Source: Bacillota bacterium
GTDB taxonomy: Bacteria; Bacillota; Clostridia; DUPQ01
Length of the DNA: 64,000 nt
Direction of reading: 5' to 3'
Assembly (NCBI GenBank): GCA_022706885.1
Contig: JAKJBR010000003.1
Coordinates: forward strand, 7,331 to 71,330
The position numbers and the translations under genes are program-made. The notes under the pieces were generated by a model. That model was not told where the DNA came from. It worked only from the letters and a program-made list of their open reading frames with translations, and did not search any database. Each line of letters begins with the position of its first letter. Within the stretch, counting starts at the first letter, position 1. Positions 29,836 to 42,299 of this stretch are shown in pieces.

Positions 29836-32800
29836 TCCTCCTGCTCCTCTTCCGATTCGGATAAATCGTCGGAATCGGCATCATCCGAAAGGTCTTCATC
29901 ATCATACTCTCCGGAATGGTCAAGGTCAAGGGTTTCTTCATCTTCATTCATATCGTCAAACAAATCCACTTCATCTTCATAATCTTCTTCGACCATGAAA
30001 TCCTCTTCATCATCTATCGGATCCATCTCAAGATAGGGGTCCTGATAAGCATTCATGCCTGTTCCCGCCGGAATGAGTTTTCCGATAATAACGTTCTCCT
30101 TAAGTCCTATCAGATTATCGGTTTTACCTTTAATGGAAGCTTCGGTCAGTACACGCGTTGTTTCCTGGAAGGAAGCGGCGGAAAGGAATGAATCGGTGGC
30201 AAGAGAAGCTTTACTTATACCTAACAGTACCACTTCGCCGGTAGCAGGCTGTTTTTCTTCCTGTTCGGCAAGTTTGTTCTGCTTGTTGAAATCACTTACA
30301 TCACAGTAACTGCCCGGTATGAGATTTGTATCTCCGCAATCTTCCACCTTTACTTTACGCAGCATCTGTTTAACTATTATTTCTATATGCTTATCGTTAA
30401 TATCAATACCCTGAAGCTTGTAAACTTTCTGTACTTCGCAGTCAATATATCTGTGTACACCGTCCACACCTTTTATCCTTAAGATATCATGCGGATTTTC
30501 CGAACCTTCGGTTATCTTATCGCCTTTTTTAATTTCCTGCTCATCTACAACAGTCAATCTGGAGCCGTAAGGAATAACATATGTATGAGACTCATCTTCT
30601 CCGGTAACAATAACTTCCCTGCGTTTTCTGCTCTCGTTTATCTTAACAATACCGTCATTTTCCGATATAATTGCCAACCCTTTGGGTTTTCTGGCTTCGA
30701 AAAGTTCCTCGACACGCGGCAGACCCTGAGTAATGTCGTCTCCCGCGATACCGCCAGTATGGAAGGTTCTCATGGTAAGCTGGGTACCCGGCTCGCCTAT
30801 CGACTGAGCGGCAATAATACCGACAGCTTCTCCGATATTAACGGGCTTGCTGGATGCAAGGTTCATTCCGTAGCATTTTGCACATACTCCGAGTTCCGAC
30901 TTGCAGGTTAATACAGAACGTACCTTAACTTCCTTAATACCCGCATCGACAATTCTCTTTGTAGCATCGGCATCTATATATCCGCCGGCTTCCACTATGA
31001 TTTCGCCTGTTTTCTTATCTATAACGGGATCGGTGACATAACGACCGTATATCCTGTCTTTAAGTTTTACTACCACTTCACCGCTGTCCACTATATCGGA
31101 AACATAGATACCGTCTTCAGTACCGCAATCTTCTTCTCTTACTATGACATCCTGCGAAACATCCACAAGTCTTCTTGTGAGATAACCGGAGTCGGCTGTT
31201 CTTAACGCGGTATCGGCAAGACCTTTTCTTGCACCGTTACTGGAAATGAAGAATTCCAAAACATTCAAGCCTTCACGGAAGTTGGACTTTATCGGAATCT
31301 CTATGGTCTTTCCCGCTGTGTCAAACATCAGTCCCCTCATACCCGCAAGCTGCTTTATCTGGTTCATGTCTCCTCTGGCTCCCGATCTGCTCATTACATT
31401 AAGAGGATTGAATGCATCCAAGCCTTCCATAAGCATCTTTGTAACATCATCGGTTGTTTTTCTCCACAATTTTATTATCTGATCGTGTCTCTCTTCATCG
31501 GTTATGAGACCTCTTCTGAAATCGTGGGTTATTTTATCCACCTTTTTCTCGGTAGCTTCAAGAATCTCGTTCTTGGAACTGGGGATTATCATGTCGCTTA
31601 CCGATATGGAAATAGCACCCTGTGTGGAATATCTGAATCCGATGGATTTTATCTTATCCAGAACTTCGGCGGTTTTTGCAATACCGTGTTTTGTTATGCA
31701 TCTTTCAATGATTTCCGAAAGATTCTTTTTACCCACCATCCGGTCTATTTCCAAATCGAACATGGTATCGGGATTGGTCCTGTCCACAAAACCCAGGTCC
31801 TGAGGAATAGCTTCATTGAATATAACTTTACCGCAGGTTACATCAATTATTTTGCTTACAACTTTTCCGTCTACTTCTCTTTCCACTCTCATTTTTACTT
31901 TCGAATGGAGGCTTATTGTCTTTTCATGCAATGCCATAAGCATTTCGTCAAAGTTTCGGAATACTCTTCCTTCGCCTATCTCTCCGTCTTTCGCGGTGGT
32001 AAGATAGTAACCTCCCAGAACCATGTCCTGAGTGGGAACGGTAATGGGTTTTCCGTCTTTGGGTGCAAGCAGATTGTTGGCGGAAAGCATTAGTATTCTT
32101 GCTTCCGACTGAGCCTCTGCAGAAAGAGGAACGTGAACAGCCATCTGGTCTCCGTCAAAGTCCGCATTGTATGCGGTACATACCAACGGATGCAGTTTGA
32201 TAGCTCTTCCCTCTACAAGAACCGGTTCAAACGCCTGTATTCCCAATCTGTGCAGAGTAGGTGCTCTGTTTAGAAGAACGGGGTGATCTTTAATAACATC
32301 CTCAAGAATATCCCATACTTCATTGCGTACTCTTTCCACCATTTTCTTTGCACTCTTAATATTCTGAGCGAACTTATCGGTAACAAGACGTTTCATGACA
32401 AAGGGTTTGAAAAGCTCCAGTGCCATTTCTTTGGGAAGACCGCATTGATACATCATCAGTTCCGGTCCCACAACTATAACCGAACGTCCGGAATAGTCTA
32501 CTCTCTTACCCAAAAGGTTCTGTCTGAATCGGCCCTGTTTTCCTCTTAACATATCCGATAAGGATTTTAGCGGCCTGTTGCCCGGTCCTACCACGGGTTT
32601 TCCTTTTCTGCCGTTGTTTATGAGGGCATCGACAGCTTCCTGAAGCATCCTTTTTTCATTTCTGACTATAATATCCGGAGCGGTAAGCTCCAAAAGCCTC
32701 TTAAGCCTGTTATTTCTGTTAATAACTCTTCTGTAAAGGTCATTAAGGTCGGAAGTGGCAAATCTGCCGCCGTCCAACTGCACCATAGGGCGAAGATCGG

Positions 32801-33530
32801 GAGGTATAACAGGTATTGTATCCAAAATCATCCATTCCGGCTTGTTTCCGGACACTCTGAATGATTCCATAGCTTCCAGTCTCTTAATTATTCTTCCTCT
32901 TTTTTGTCCCGTGCTTGTCTGCAGTTCCTCTTTAAGAAGAGTACTTTCCACTTCAACATCAATCCTTGCAAGCAATATCTGCACCGCTTCGGCACCCATA
33001 CGTGCTTTGAAAGAATCTCTGCCGTATTTATCTATTAATTCTCTGTACTGAAGTTCGGTAAGTAAATCTTTTACTTCAATGGTTTTGTCATTAACCTTGA
33101 CATCTTCATTATGCACTTCCAGCACTACATAAGAGTTAAAATACAGAATCCTTTCCAATGCTCTGGGGCTCATATCCAATACAAGACCCATTCTGCTGGG
33201 AATTCCTCTGAAATACCATATGTGGGAGACAGGTGCTGCAAGTTCTATATGTCCCATACGCTCTCTTCTTACCTTGCTTTTGGTAATTTCCACTCCGCAA
33301 CGGTCACATATTATACCTTTGTGTCTGACTCTTTTATACTTTCCGCAATGGCATTCCCAGTCCTTGGTGGGACCGAATATTTTTTCACAGAAAAGTCCGC
33401 CGGCTTCAGGTTTCAGTGTTCTGTAGTTAATTGTTTCAGGTTTCTTAACCTCGCCTCTGGACCATTCCTTAATCATCTCGGAAGAAGCCAAACCGATTTT
33501 AATCATGTCAAAATTTGTATAATCCTGCAT
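29832..33530 (-). CDS. rpoC: DNA-directed RNA polymerase subunit beta' with an unusually long acidic C-terminal tail
   Basis: Canonical beta' motifs ([12 protein letters not shown], zinc-binding cysteines). The last ~60 residues are almost entirely D/E/S. Confidence 0.97.
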   Translation of the reverse strand: MQDYTNFDMIKIGLASSEMIKEWSRGEVKKPETINYRTLKPEAGGLFCEKIFGPTKDWECHCGKYKRVRHKGIICDRCGVEITKSKVRRERMGHIELAAPVSHIWYFRGIPSRMGLVLDMSPRALERILYFNSYVVLEVHNEDVKVNDKTIEVKDLLTELQYRELIDKYGRDSFKARMGAEAVQILLARIDVEVESTLLKEELQTSTGQKRGRIIKRLEAMESFRVSGNKPEWMILDTIPVIPPDLRPMVQLDGGRFATSDLNDLYRRVINRNNRLKRLLELTAPDIIVRNEKRMLQEAVDALINNGRKGKPVVGPGNRPLKSLSDMLRGKQGRFRQNLLGKRVDYSGRSVIVVGPELMMYQCGLPKEMALELFKPFVMKRLVTDKFAQNIKSAKKMVERVRNEVWDILEDVIKDHPVLLNRAPTLHRLGIQAFEPVLVEGRAIKLHPLVCTAYNADFDGDQMAVHVPLSAEAQSEARILMLSANNLLAPKDGKPITVPTQDMVLGGYYLTTAKDGEIGEGRVFRNFDEMLMALHEKTISLHSKVKMRVEREVDGKVVSKIIDVTCGKVIFNEAIPQDLGFVDRTNPDTMFDLEIDRMVGKKNLSEIIERCITKHGIAKTAEVLDKIKSIGFRYSTQGAISISVSDMIIPSSKNEILEATEKKVDKITHDFRRGLITDEERHDQIIKLWRKTTDDVTKMLMEGLDAFNPLNVMSRSGARGDMNQIKQLAGMRGLMFDTAGKTIEIPIKSNFREGLNVLEFFISSNGARKGLADTALRTADSGYLTRRLVDVSQDVIVREEDCGTEDGIYVSDIVDSGEVVVKLKDRIYGRYVTDPVIDKKTGEIIVEAGGYIDADATKRIVDAGIKEVKVRSVLTCKSELGVCAKCYGMNLASSKPVNIGEAVGIIAAQSIGEPGTQLTMRTFHTGGIAGDDITQGLPRVEELFEARKPKGLAIISENDGIVKINESRKRREVIVTGEDESHTYVIPYGSRLTVVDEQEIKKGDKITEGSENPHDILRIKGVDGVHRYIDCEVQKVYKLQGIDINDKHIEIIVKQMLRKVKVEDCGDTNLIPGSYCDVSDFNKQNKLAEQEEKQPATGEVVLLGISKASLATDSFLSAASFQETTRVLTEASIKGKTDNLIGLKENVIIGKLIPAGTGMNAYQDPYLEMDPIDDEEDFMVEEDYEDEVDLFDDMNEDEETLDLDHSGEYDDEDLSDDADSDDLSESEEEQEE

Positions 33531-33533
33531 TCT

Positions 33534-36500
33534 TTACTCTCCCATGTCATCTAAATCAACTATATCCTGCACATCGGATATCTTTGAATAATCTACGCCG
33601 GTGTCATTGTCATCAGCAGTTTTCATCATCATACCGGATATTTCCTCTGAATTGATATCTTCGTCGTCCTCAAAATCGTCATCGCCTCTTGCCAATTCCA
33701 TATTGAACAATTCATCATTGTCCAATGTATAATCTTCGGTTCCGGAAATATTGATATCCAATCTGGGTATATCATCTTCACTTCCGTCACGAAGCATAAC
33801 TACCGAGTGATCCGACTTGAGTATTTTCACATCCAAAGCAAGACTCTGAAGTTCCTTGACCAGAACTTTAAAAGATTCCGGAATACCGGATTTGGGGATA
33901 TTTTCTCCCTTTACAATTGCCTCGTATGTCTTTACTCTTCCGATAACATCATCGGATTTGACGGTCAATATCTCCTGTAAAGTATAGGCGGCGCCGTATG
34001 CTTCCAGTGCCCACACTTCCATTTCTCCGAAACGCTGTCCGCCGAACTGTGCTTTACCGCCTAAAGGCTGTTGCGTAACCAACGAATACGGTCCTGTGGA
34101 GCGGGCATGAATCTTATCATCAACAAGGTGATGCAGTTTAAGCATATACATATAGCCCACGGTAACTCTGTTATCAAAAGGCTCGCCGGTTCTTCCGTCA
34201 TACAGAACGGTTTTGCCGTCTTCCGACAGGTTCGCCATTTTCAGACACTCTATTATGTCCATTTCCGATGCTCCGTCGAATACCGGGGTGGCTATTTTCC
34301 AGCCCAAAGCTTTTGCCGCATATCCTAAATGCACTTCCAGTACCTGCCCGATGTTCATACGCGAAGGAACACCGAGGGGATTCAATACTATCTGCAGCGG
34401 TGTGCCGTCTTCCAGGAAAGGCATATCCGCTTCGGGTAACACACGGGATATAACGCCCTTGTTACCGTGACGTCCGGCCATCTTATCACCTACGGCTATC
34501 TTTCTCTTCTGAGCGATAAACACTCTTACAACCTGATTAACTCCGGGATTGAGGTCGTCGCCGGCTTCTTTTGTAAACAGTTTAACATCCACTACTATAC
34601 CCGATTCACCGTGAGGTACTCTCAGGGATGTATCTCTTACATCTCTGGATTTTTCTCCGAATATGGCTCTCAAGAGTCGCTCTTCGGGTGTCAGCTCGGT
34701 TTCTCCCTTGGGAGTTACTTTACCTACAAGTATATCGCCTGCCTGAACTTCGGCACCGATACGAATAATTCCTCTTTCATCCAGATCTTTAAGCGCATCA
34801 TCACCTATATTGGGTATATCTCTTGTTATATCCTCAGGTCCCAGTTTGGTATCTCTTGCTTCCAGATCATATTCTTCAATGTGAATGGATGTGAAAACAT
34901 CGTCCTCAACCAGTCGCTCACTGATAAGTATGGCATCCTCGTAGTTATAGCCTTCCCATGTCATAAATCCGACCAGCACGTTCTTTCCTAAGGAAATTTC
35001 TCCTCCGTCTGTGGAAGGTCCGTCGGCAATGACATCGCCTGCTTCAACCTTATCGCCTTTCTTGACAATAACTTTCTGGTTTATGCATGTTCCCTGATTA
35101 CTTCTTTTATATTTAAGTATCTTATATTCGTCCCGCTCACCGTCCACGGTATCAATAACCACCCTGTCGGCTGAAACATTTTTGACTTCTCCCGCTCTTT
35201 TTGCCAATACGCATACTCCCGAGTCGGTAGCAACCTTATATTCCATACCGGTTGCAATAACGGGAGCTTCGGTTCTTATAAGGGGAACGGCCTGTCTTTG
35301 CATGTTGGAACCCATCAGCGCTCTGTTGGCATCGTCATTTTCCAAAAAAGGTATCATGCTTGTGGCAACCGATACCAGCTGTTTGGGAGATACGTCCATA
35401 TAGTCAACATCCTTGGAATCTCTCATTACCTTGTTATTGCGATATCTGCAGCTCACTCTGGGCGTTGCGAAACGACCGTCTGCGGTCAGTTCCGAGTTGG
35501 CCTGAGCCACAATATAAATGTCCTCTTCATCTGCTGTCAGGTAATCAATTTCTTCGGTAACCGTGTGAGTTTCTTTATTTACTCTGCGATACGGTGTTTC
35601 GATAAATCCGTATTCGTTAATTCTTGCATATGTGCTCAAAGAAGCTATAAGTCCGATGTTGGGTCCTTCCGGAGTCTCAATGGGGCACATTCTTCCGTAA
35701 TGCGAGTAGTGAACGTCACGAACCTCGAAGTTGGCCCGCTCTCTGCTCAAACCGCCGGGGCCTAAAGCCGAAAGTCTTCTCTTATGGGTTATCTCGGCAA
35801 GAGGATTGGGCTGATCCATAAACTGTGACAGCTGGCTGGAGCCGAAAAACTCCTTTATTACCGCAGTTACGGGACGGATATTAATCAATGCCTGAGGTGT
35901 TACAATATCAATGTCCTGAATGGTCATCTTCTCGCGAATTACCCGCTCCATTCTTGCAAACCCTATCCTGAACTGATTCTGCAGCAATTCTCCTACCGAT
36001 CTTATTCTTCTGTTACCCAGATGGTCTATGTCGTCGGTGTGGTACAAACCGTAATCCAATCCCAGTAAATAGCTTATGGAAGCTATAATATCAATCCTGG
36101 TAATATTTTTGGGACATAAGTCATATCTTCTTTTTTCAAAAGCTTCTTTTATTTCTTCCTGTGTGGAACATTCGGCAAGTATTTCTTTCAGTACTTTGTA
36201 GTTTACCTTATCGGTAAGCCCCAGTGCGGTATGATTGAAATCTATGAAAGAAGACGCATCAACCGTCTCATTTCCTATAACTACATGAACATGATTATCA
36301 CATTTTACTTTTACTACATTTATTCCGGCATTTTCCACCGCAATTGCCTTAGCCTCGTCAATAACTTCATCGGCTTCCACCAAAATCTCTCCGGTCTCGG
36401 AATCAACTATTCTCTCGGCTGATACAGTTCCTGCTATTCTCGGAGCAACGGAGAGTTTCTTGTTGAATTTATATCTTCCGAATCTGGCAAGATCATATCT

Positions 36501-37286
36501 TCTGGCATCAAAAAACAATCCTTCAAATAAGTTTTCGGCACTTTCTATCGTAGGAGGCTCGCCCGGTCTTAACCTTTTGTATATCTCAAACAATCCGCCT
36601 TCTCTGGTTTTCGTTTCGTCTTTTGCATATGTTGCATCCAGTTTATAGTCTTCTCCGAATACCGCGGTTATATCGGAATCTTTAGCAAATCCCAATGCTC
36701 TTAAGAAAACCGTCAGAGGCAACTTTCTGGTTCTGTCTATTCTTACATACAAAACCCCGTTGGAATCGGTTTCATATTCTATCCATGCTCCCCTGTTGGG
36801 AATAAGTGTGCTGGAAAAAAGACTTTTTCCGGCTTTATCTTTCTTCTCGGCATAATATGCACCGGGAGATCTTACCAACTGGCTGACAATAACTCGCTCC
36901 GCACCGTTAATGATAAATGTGCCGGTGTCGGTCATTATGGGGAAATCTCCCATAAATATTTCCTGTTCCTTGACCTCTCCGGTATCTTTTCTTATAAGAC
37001 GGACTTTTACTCTCAAAGGAGCCTGATAGGTGGCATCTCTTTCCTTACATTCCTGCACGTCAAGCTTAGGCTTGTCCGCAATCCTGTAATCAATAAAATC
37101 CAGCATTAAATTATCGGTATGATCACGAACCGGTGATACATCCTTAAAAACCTCTCTGAGTCCCTCATCGAGAAACCACTGATAAGACTTTTTCTGAACT
37201 TCTATAAGATTGGGCATTTCCAGAACTTCTTTGATTTTTGAGAAACTCATTCTTTCTCGTTTTCCGTATTGAATAGGATGTATCAT
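33534..37286 (-). CDS. rpoB: DNA-directed RNA polymerase subunit beta with an acidic C-terminal tail
   Basis: 1250 aa with canonical beta-subunit regions; the C-terminus is [17 protein letters not shown]...DLDDMGE. Confidence 0.97.
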   Translation of the reverse strand: MIHPIQYGKRERMSFSKIKEVLEMPNLIEVQKKSYQWFLDEGLREVFKDVSPVRDHTDNLMLDFIDYRIADKPKLDVQECKERDATYQAPLRVKVRLIRKDTGEVKEQEIFMGDFPIMTDTGTFIINGAERVIVSQLVRSPGAYYAEKKDKAGKSLFSSTLIPNRGAWIEYETDSNGVLYVRIDRTRKLPLTVFLRALGFAKDSDITAVFGEDYKLDATYAKDETKTREGGLFEIYKRLRPGEPPTIESAENLFEGLFFDARRYDLARFGRYKFNKKLSVAPRIAGTVSAERIVDSETGEILVEADEVIDEAKAIAVENAGINVVKVKCDNHVHVVIGNETVDASSFIDFNHTALGLTDKVNYKVLKEILAECSTQEEIKEAFEKRRYDLCPKNITRIDIIASISYLLGLDYGLYHTDDIDHLGNRRIRSVGELLQNQFRIGFARMERVIREKMTIQDIDIVTPQALINIRPVTAVIKEFFGSSQLSQFMDQPNPLAEITHKRRLSALGPGGLSRERANFEVRDVHYSHYGRMCPIETPEGPNIGLIASLSTYARINEYGFIETPYRRVNKETHTVTEEIDYLTADEEDIYIVAQANSELTADGRFATPRVSCRYRNNKVMRDSKDVDYMDVSPKQLVSVATSMIPFLENDDANRALMGSNMQRQAVPLIRTEAPVIATGMEYKVATDSGVCVLAKRAGEVKNVSADRVVIDTVDGERDEYKILKYKRSNQGTCINQKVIVKKGDKVEAGDVIADGPSTDGGEISLGKNVLVGFMTWEGYNYEDAILISERLVEDDVFTSIHIEEYDLEARDTKLGPEDITRDIPNIGDDALKDLDERGIIRIGAEVQAGDILVGKVTPKGETELTPEERLLRAIFGEKSRDVRDTSLRVPHGESGIVVDVKLFTKEAGDDLNPGVNQVVRVFIAQKRKIAVGDKMAGRHGNKGVISRVLPEADMPFLEDGTPLQIVLNPLGVPSRMNIGQVLEVHLGYAAKALGWKIATPVFDGASEMDIIECLKMANLSEDGKTVLYDGRTGEPFDNRVTVGYMYMLKLHHLVDDKIHARSTGPYSLVTQQPLGGKAQFGGQRFGEMEVWALEAYGAAYTLQEILTVKSDDVIGRVKTYEAIVKGENIPKSGIPESFKVLVKELQSLALDVKILKSDHSVVMLRDGSEDDIPRLDINISGTEDYTLDNDELFNMELARGDDDFEDDEDINSEEISGMMMKTADDNDTGVDYSKISDVQDIVDLDDMGE

Positions 37287-37543
37287 TAATTAGTCACCTC
37301 ATGTCCTTTTCTATATCATCCCCATGGTAACGGCTGCTGTTTTAAGTGTCGGCAAACCGGTGCCATAATAACCTTATGCACCTCCGATTTCAGTAATTTC
37401 CTGTCGACAGGCGCAAAAATACGCAGATTAGCGCATCATTCATAATCCTATCGCATATGTCTGTCCGTGTCAATAGAAATATATAAATTTTATTCTTAAA
37501 GTCGCTTTTTTCTTTAGTCGGCTGCTTTAATCTTAAGGCACAA

Positions 37544-37840
37544 TCAGTTGAGATATGTTTCCTTAATCTTTGTCATATATTCTTCAAGATATTTCTTAAG
37601 CCCGGGAGAAGCATGGTCCATCAGCCGGTTTATTTTTTCTCCCTGATTATATATTTCCTCGGATAAAATCTCCTCCATACGTTTGTTGGTCTGTAAATCG
37701 AATATCCGTATATTTTTCAAGGTAGACTCTATTTCCTTTTCTATAAGCACAAGAAGAGCCACATCCCTTTCGTCCAAGGCAAGCTCCTCCAATATACCTT
37801 CTTCAAAATCCGTCATGTCATCATAATCAGTTTTTTTCAT
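37544..37840 (-). CDS. Hypothetical small acidic protein
   Basis: 98-aa ORF overlapping the stop of the upstream lipoprotein gene by 14 nt; no recognisable motifs. Confidence 0.4.
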   Translation of the reverse strand: MKKTDYDDMTDFEEGILEELALDERDVALLVLIEKEIESTLKNIRIFDLQTNKRMEEILSEEIYNQGEKINRLMDHASPGLKKYLEEYMTKIKETYLN

Positions 37841-38504
37841 ATATACCTATATCCATCGTATTCTTATCCGGTTGTCTTACTATGGTAAGAATGTAATCAT
37901 TATTCTCCGCAACAAAAACCGTCTCCGAAGTCACCAGTATTGCAGTAAACCCTGCAGCTATCGCATCCGCCGTGTATGATTCGAATTTCTCTTTACCGAT
38001 ATCCTCGGTAACTACCGTTATATTGTTGGATTCGCCTATAATCTGTAAAACCTTAGCGCCGGGAGGTGCTGACAACATTGTGATGTATCCTTCTTTCGGC
38101 CATGTAAGAGGAGTGGTCAGTTCAATAACCATATTATGCGTATCGACATCTCTGTTCATTGCCAGATAATAGTCATCCAACGATCCCGCAAAAGCTTCTT
38201 TTGTTTCCACGCTTATATTCTTATACCCGATACTTTTCAATGTCTCTATATACTTCATAAAGGATTCATCGTCCACGTTATAAAGATAAATTCTCAGTAT
38301 CTGACCGTAAAACTTGTAATAATTTACTTCGCCGCCTTTAATCTTAGGCAAAACATCCGCTCCCAGATATTCCGAAGGCCAGTTCTGCTCGGTCGTTACG
38401 ACATAACTCGGAGTACCCCCGTCAGGTGTCTTCTGATTATTGCAAGCGGTCAATGTAAAGACCATGATTACGACCAATATAAGTGCAGTGATTCTTCTTG
38501 TCAT
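37827..38504 (-). CDS. Hypothetical lipoprotein
   Basis: Signal peptide MTRRITALILVVIMVFTLTAC with lipobox LTAC. The start was placed at the internal Met to avoid overlap with the aconitase-family gene. Confidence 0.55.
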   Translation of the reverse strand: MTRRITALILVVIMVFTLTACNNQKTPDGGTPSYVVTTEQNWPSEYLGADVLPKIKGGEVNYYKFYGQILRIYLYNVDDESFMKYIETLKSIGYKNISVETKEAFAGSLDDYYLAMNRDVDTHNMVIELTTPLTWPKEGYITMLSAPPGAKVLQIIGESNNITVVTEDIGKEKFESYTADAIAAGFTAILVTSETVFVAENNDYILTIVRQPDKNTMDIGIYEKN

Positions 38505-38515
38505 TCTCTCCTCCG

Positions 38516-40663
38516 CTACATGCTTTTCCTGTAATAGTTTATCATACAACCTTCGGCAAGTACATCCCTTTCCTCATCCGATAATCCCTCCATATATAAC
38601 CTGACCGCTCTTGCTTTATCGGTCCTTTGCAAAGCATCTTCCTTTGTTGCCGACACATATGCAATTACCTGCTCTTTCCCCGAAAGAACGGCGTCTCTTA
38701 TGTCGGGAATATAGACATATTCATCAACAGTAAGAGCGGGATCCTGTTTTACCGTAAAAGGTATAAGTCCCCAGTTTATGAGGTTGGAGCGATATCTCTT
38801 TGTGGCATATCGGTATGCGATATTGGCATATCCTTTCAGTACTCTCTGACAGGAAGCAGCCTGCTCCCGGGCGGAACCGTCTCCCGGTTTTTTGGCGAAT
38901 ATGAGATGACCGTCCACACCCGTTTCCCTTACGGCAAGTTTTGTTTTCTTTACATAATCCGGAGCTCTTCTGGACAATGTATATTCCGCAAGAGCCATGG
39001 GATTGGACCTGTAAGAGGAAGTCTCCCCCGAAGGTATAAGTTCGTCGGTGGTGGTAACCTCGTCATTTAATACCGCAGCTGCTTTCAATAACAAATTCTT
39101 AGGCAATCTCGGTATTTCCGGCCACGCCTTTATATTGGGACCGTATATCAGCTCCTGATTTTTGTCAGGCTTTCCGTATCCGTTATATACTCTTTTTTCA
39201 TATATGTTACCGTTAAATTCATATACGGGAATATCTTTAACATATTCTACATCGGTACCCGCAGTTATATATCCTTTATTCAATGCGGTAGCGGCAATGC
39301 TTCTGGCATCCATCAGTGCGACATACGCGGCCTGACCGTCCTTGGGGATGCTGCCTTCACGATTCTCGAAATTCCTTGTGGTATGCCTTACCGACAGGAC
39401 ATTGTTGGCAGGTATGTCACCGGCACCGAAACACGGTCCGCAGAATGCCGTTTTTATAACAACACCCGATTCCATAAGCTTGTTTGTAATCCCCGCCTTA
39501 TTAAGCGCATATGCAACCGGCTGACTTTGAGGATAAACGGACAAGGAGAAACTGCCATATCCGGTATCACCTTTTTGCAAAACAGCCGCAGCTTCACAGA
39601 TATTCTCAAAAGAACCTCCCGCACATCCCGCTATTATTCCCTGTCCCGTAAAAAAGCTTCTCTTCTTACTGTCGGCATATACTTTCAGACTGCCGAGATT
39701 CAACTGTTCCAGTATGTCTTCACTATTTTCCAAAAAGTCCTTAACGGTATATGCATTGGAAGGATGATACGGCAAAGCTATCATGGGTTGTATTTTGGAA
39801 AGGTCAATCATTAAGGCACAGTCATACAGCGCTTCTTTTGCCGGAGAAAGCTTTTTATAATCTTCCTTCCTCCCGTGTATCTCATAGTACTCTTTTGTTT
39901 TATCGTCGGTTACCCATATGGAAGAAAGACATGCAGTTTCGGTGGTCATAACATCAATACCTATTCTGTCATCCATGGAAAGATTTTTAACTCCCGGTCC
40001 CGCAAACTCCAATATTTTGTTGGTAACCGAAGCATCCTTAAATACTTTTCCTATCATGTATATGGCTACATCGTGAGGTCCCACTCCCTGATTAAGAGTA
40101 CCTGTAAGATATACAAGACATACCTTGGGATACGGAAGATCATAGGTTTTTCCCAACAGCTGCTTTACAAGTTCTCCTCCGCCCTCACCCATGGCCAAGG
40201 TGCCCAACGCCCCGTACCTTGTGTGGCTGTCCGACCCTAAAATCATCTTGCCGCACCCCGCCATTTTCTCCCGCATGTACTGATGTATTACCGCAAGATG
40301 AGCGGGTACATAAATGCCTCCGTATTTTTTTGCCGCGGACAAACCGAAAAGATGGTCATCTTCATTGATGGTACCGCCTACAGCACAAAGAGAGTTATGG
40401 CAATTGGTCAGAACATAAGGAATAGGAAATTTTTCTAAATTACATGCGGAAGCGGTCTGTAAAATACTTACATATGTAATATCATGGCTCGCAACAGCAT
40501 CAAATTTAATTTTGAGCATATGATTCGAAGCGGATGTATTATGTGATTTCAATATAGAATGAGCAATGGTACCCTTGCGTGCTCTTTGCATCTGTTCTTC
40601 AGACAGATCCGCTGCTTTCAGTACTTTATCTTCCTTCAAAACTACTGCTTCGGTTATAAACAT
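38516..40663 (-). CDS. Aconitase-family hydro-lyase (aconitate hydratase-like, Fe-S)
   Basis: GSDSHT, CGPCFG and TTRNFENREG motifs match the aconitase Fe-S ligand and substrate motifs; 715 aa. Confidence 0.7.
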   Translation of the reverse strand: MFITEAVVLKEDKVLKAADLSEEQMQRARKGTIAHSILKSHNTSASNHMLKIKFDAVASHDITYVSILQTASACNLEKFPIPYVLTNCHNSLCAVGGTINEDDHLFGLSAAKKYGGIYVPAHLAVIHQYMREKMAGCGKMILGSDSHTRYGALGTLAMGEGGGELVKQLLGKTYDLPYPKVCLVYLTGTLNQGVGPHDVAIYMIGKVFKDASVTNKILEFAGPGVKNLSMDDRIGIDVMTTETACLSSIWVTDDKTKEYYEIHGRKEDYKKLSPAKEALYDCALMIDLSKIQPMIALPYHPSNAYTVKDFLENSEDILEQLNLGSLKVYADSKKRSFFTGQGIIAGCAGGSFENICEAAAVLQKGDTGYGSFSLSVYPQSQPVAYALNKAGITNKLMESGVVIKTAFCGPCFGAGDIPANNVLSVRHTTRNFENREGSIPKDGQAAYVALMDARSIAATALNKGYITAGTDVEYVKDIPVYEFNGNIYEKRVYNGYGKPDKNQELIYGPNIKAWPEIPRLPKNLLLKAAAVLNDEVTTTDELIPSGETSSYRSNPMALAEYTLSRRAPDYVKKTKLAVRETGVDGHLIFAKKPGDGSAREQAASCQRVLKGYANIAYRYATKRYRSNLINWGLIPFTVKQDPALTVDEYVYIPDIRDAVLSGKEQVIAYVSATKEDALQRTDKARAVRLYMEGLSDEERDVLAEGCMINYYRKSM

Positions 40664-40742
40664 CGGAAAATCATCCTTTCTATGTTATACTTTATTATAC
40701 TTGAACGGAAAGGTTATGCAAATGCATAAATATGATTGAATA

Positions 40743-41366
40743 ATGAAATACAAGCATATTATCTGGGATTTTGACGGAACGCTGTTTGACACATACGGAG
40801 AGATTGCGAAAGTTATCGAAGAGGTTCTGAAAAACAGAGGAATAGTTGAGAATCTTGATTGGATAGCAAAAAACTTACATATGTCACTGACTCATACACT
40901 GGAGTATCTCTCAAAAAAGCACAATCTGAATCATGGCGAGTTTAAAGGTACATTCATGCAAGCCGAAGAAAGAATGAATGTTAAAGAAGCATTACCGTTC
41001 CCCGGAGTAAAAGAAATAATAGACAGCACCGAAGGATACACTTTTATGGTTACAAATCGTGCCGAGTCGGTATTTCGGTTTCTGGAATATCGGGATTACA
41101 GGAAATACTTTAAGGAGATCCTGCACAGAAATTCGGGATTTCCCTTAAAACCCGGCAGCGAAGCAGTCGAGTATCTGATAGAAAAATACGGTCTTGACAG
41201 AAAAGAAATGCTGTTTATAGGAGACAGGGATGTGGATATCGAATGCGCAATAAATGCACAAATCCATTCCTGTTATTACGATTCGCATAACATTCCGAAT
41301 ATCGCACCGTGTACATACTACACAAAAGATTACTTTAAGCTACTTGACATTTTGAAAACCACTTAA
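40743..41366 (+). CDS. HAD-superfamily hydrolase
   Basis: Motif I IIWDFDGTLFDT and motif IV GDRDVD. Confidence 0.7.
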   Translation: MKYKHIIWDFDGTLFDTYGEIAKVIEEVLKNRGIVENLDWIAKNLHMSLTHTLEYLSKKHNLNHGEFKGTFMQAEERMNVKEALPFPGVKEIIDSTEGYTFMVTNRAESVFRFLEYRDYRKYFKEILHRNSGFPLKPGSEAVEYLIEKYGLDRKEMLFIGDRDVDIECAINAQIHSCYYDSHNIPNIAPCTYYTKDYFKLLDILKTT

Positions 41367-42299
41367 AGCATTAGTCACAATTATTATAGCAACAGGAATA
41401 ATATATATCGTAAAAGCAACCAGAAACGCCACTTTTCCGTTACTGTCCGGTTTCGTCTCTTTAATAATATTAATCTTTGTACTTTCGGTATTTTTTCTAA
41501 ATCTCCTCAGTAAAATAACTATAACCGGTAACACCAGCAAAGAGATGGCTCCCAGAACTATAAAAGAAACACCGTATTCGGACAGTCCGTATGCTTGGAG
41601 AAATTCTATACCGCCCGATTCCGGGGGAATGTTTCTGGTCGCATATGTTATGGTAATCGCAATAAAGTTATTTATAAAATGTCCTATCATTGCTGCAAGC
41701 AAGGAGCCGGTTCTGTACAGAAAATAGCAAAGAAGCACCGACAATGCAAAAGTGGATAACAGTTTTTCCGGTATTGAGTGAGCCAAAGAGAAAAAGAGCG
41801 AACAAAAGAAAAAGCAACCGACCTTACCCAATCTCTCCAATCCCGACATAAATGCCGTCCGAAAAGCTATCTCCTCACATATAGCAGGGACCAGTGCAAT
41901 AACCAATATACTCTTCAGATAATCACCGAAGTTTTCCATTAATACAATGTCCTCAAGTCCCGGGGTGGTTCCGAACAGATTATCTACAATCCATGTGTTA
42001 AACGTTGCAATCAACATGGAAACGGGTATAAACAGTGTCACAACAGCCAGGATTATAAGAATATTCTTCCCGCTTACTTTTTTAAAGTGTACATTGTCTT
42101 TGAATCTGCCGGTAAAAAGCATGTACAAAAGTACCGGTACCGCCAGCCCCAGCACCTCACAAGCCGTCTGATACAGATAGAGATTGTCACCCAGAAAGAA
42201 AATCCCCACTGCCTGAACGGTAAAGAATATAATCATAACCGCAGTTATGAGGAGAAACGATTGATAGGGTTGCAGTTTGCGACTTCTTAAGCTTTCCAT
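41340..42299 (-). CDS. CPBP-family intramembrane metalloprotease (CAAX protease / bacteriocin-processing-like)
   Basis: EEIAFR and FxxxH...HxxNN motifs in a polytopic membrane protein of 319 aa. Confidence 0.7.
   Translation of the reverse strand: MESLRSRKLQPYQSFLLITAVMIIFFTVQAVGIFFLGDNLYLYQTACEVLGLAVPVLLYMLFTGRFKDNVHFKKVSGKNILIILAVVTLFIPVSMLIATFNTWIVDNLFGTTPGLEDIVLMENFGDYLKSILVIALVPAICEEIAFRTAFMSGLERLGKVGCFFFCSLFFSLAHSIPEKLLSTFALSVLLCYFLYRTGSLLAAMIGHFINNFIAITITYATRNIPPESGGIEFLQAYGLSEYGVSFIVLGAISLLVLPVIVILLRRFRKNTESTKINIIKETKPDSNGKVAFLVAFTIYIIPVAIIIVTNALSGFQNVK

Noticed and set aside
29741-37286. Many 60-200 aa ORFs on the plus strand inside rpoC and rpoB
   Set aside because: They lie antisense within highly conserved, continuous RNA polymerase coding sequence; typical shadow ORFs.
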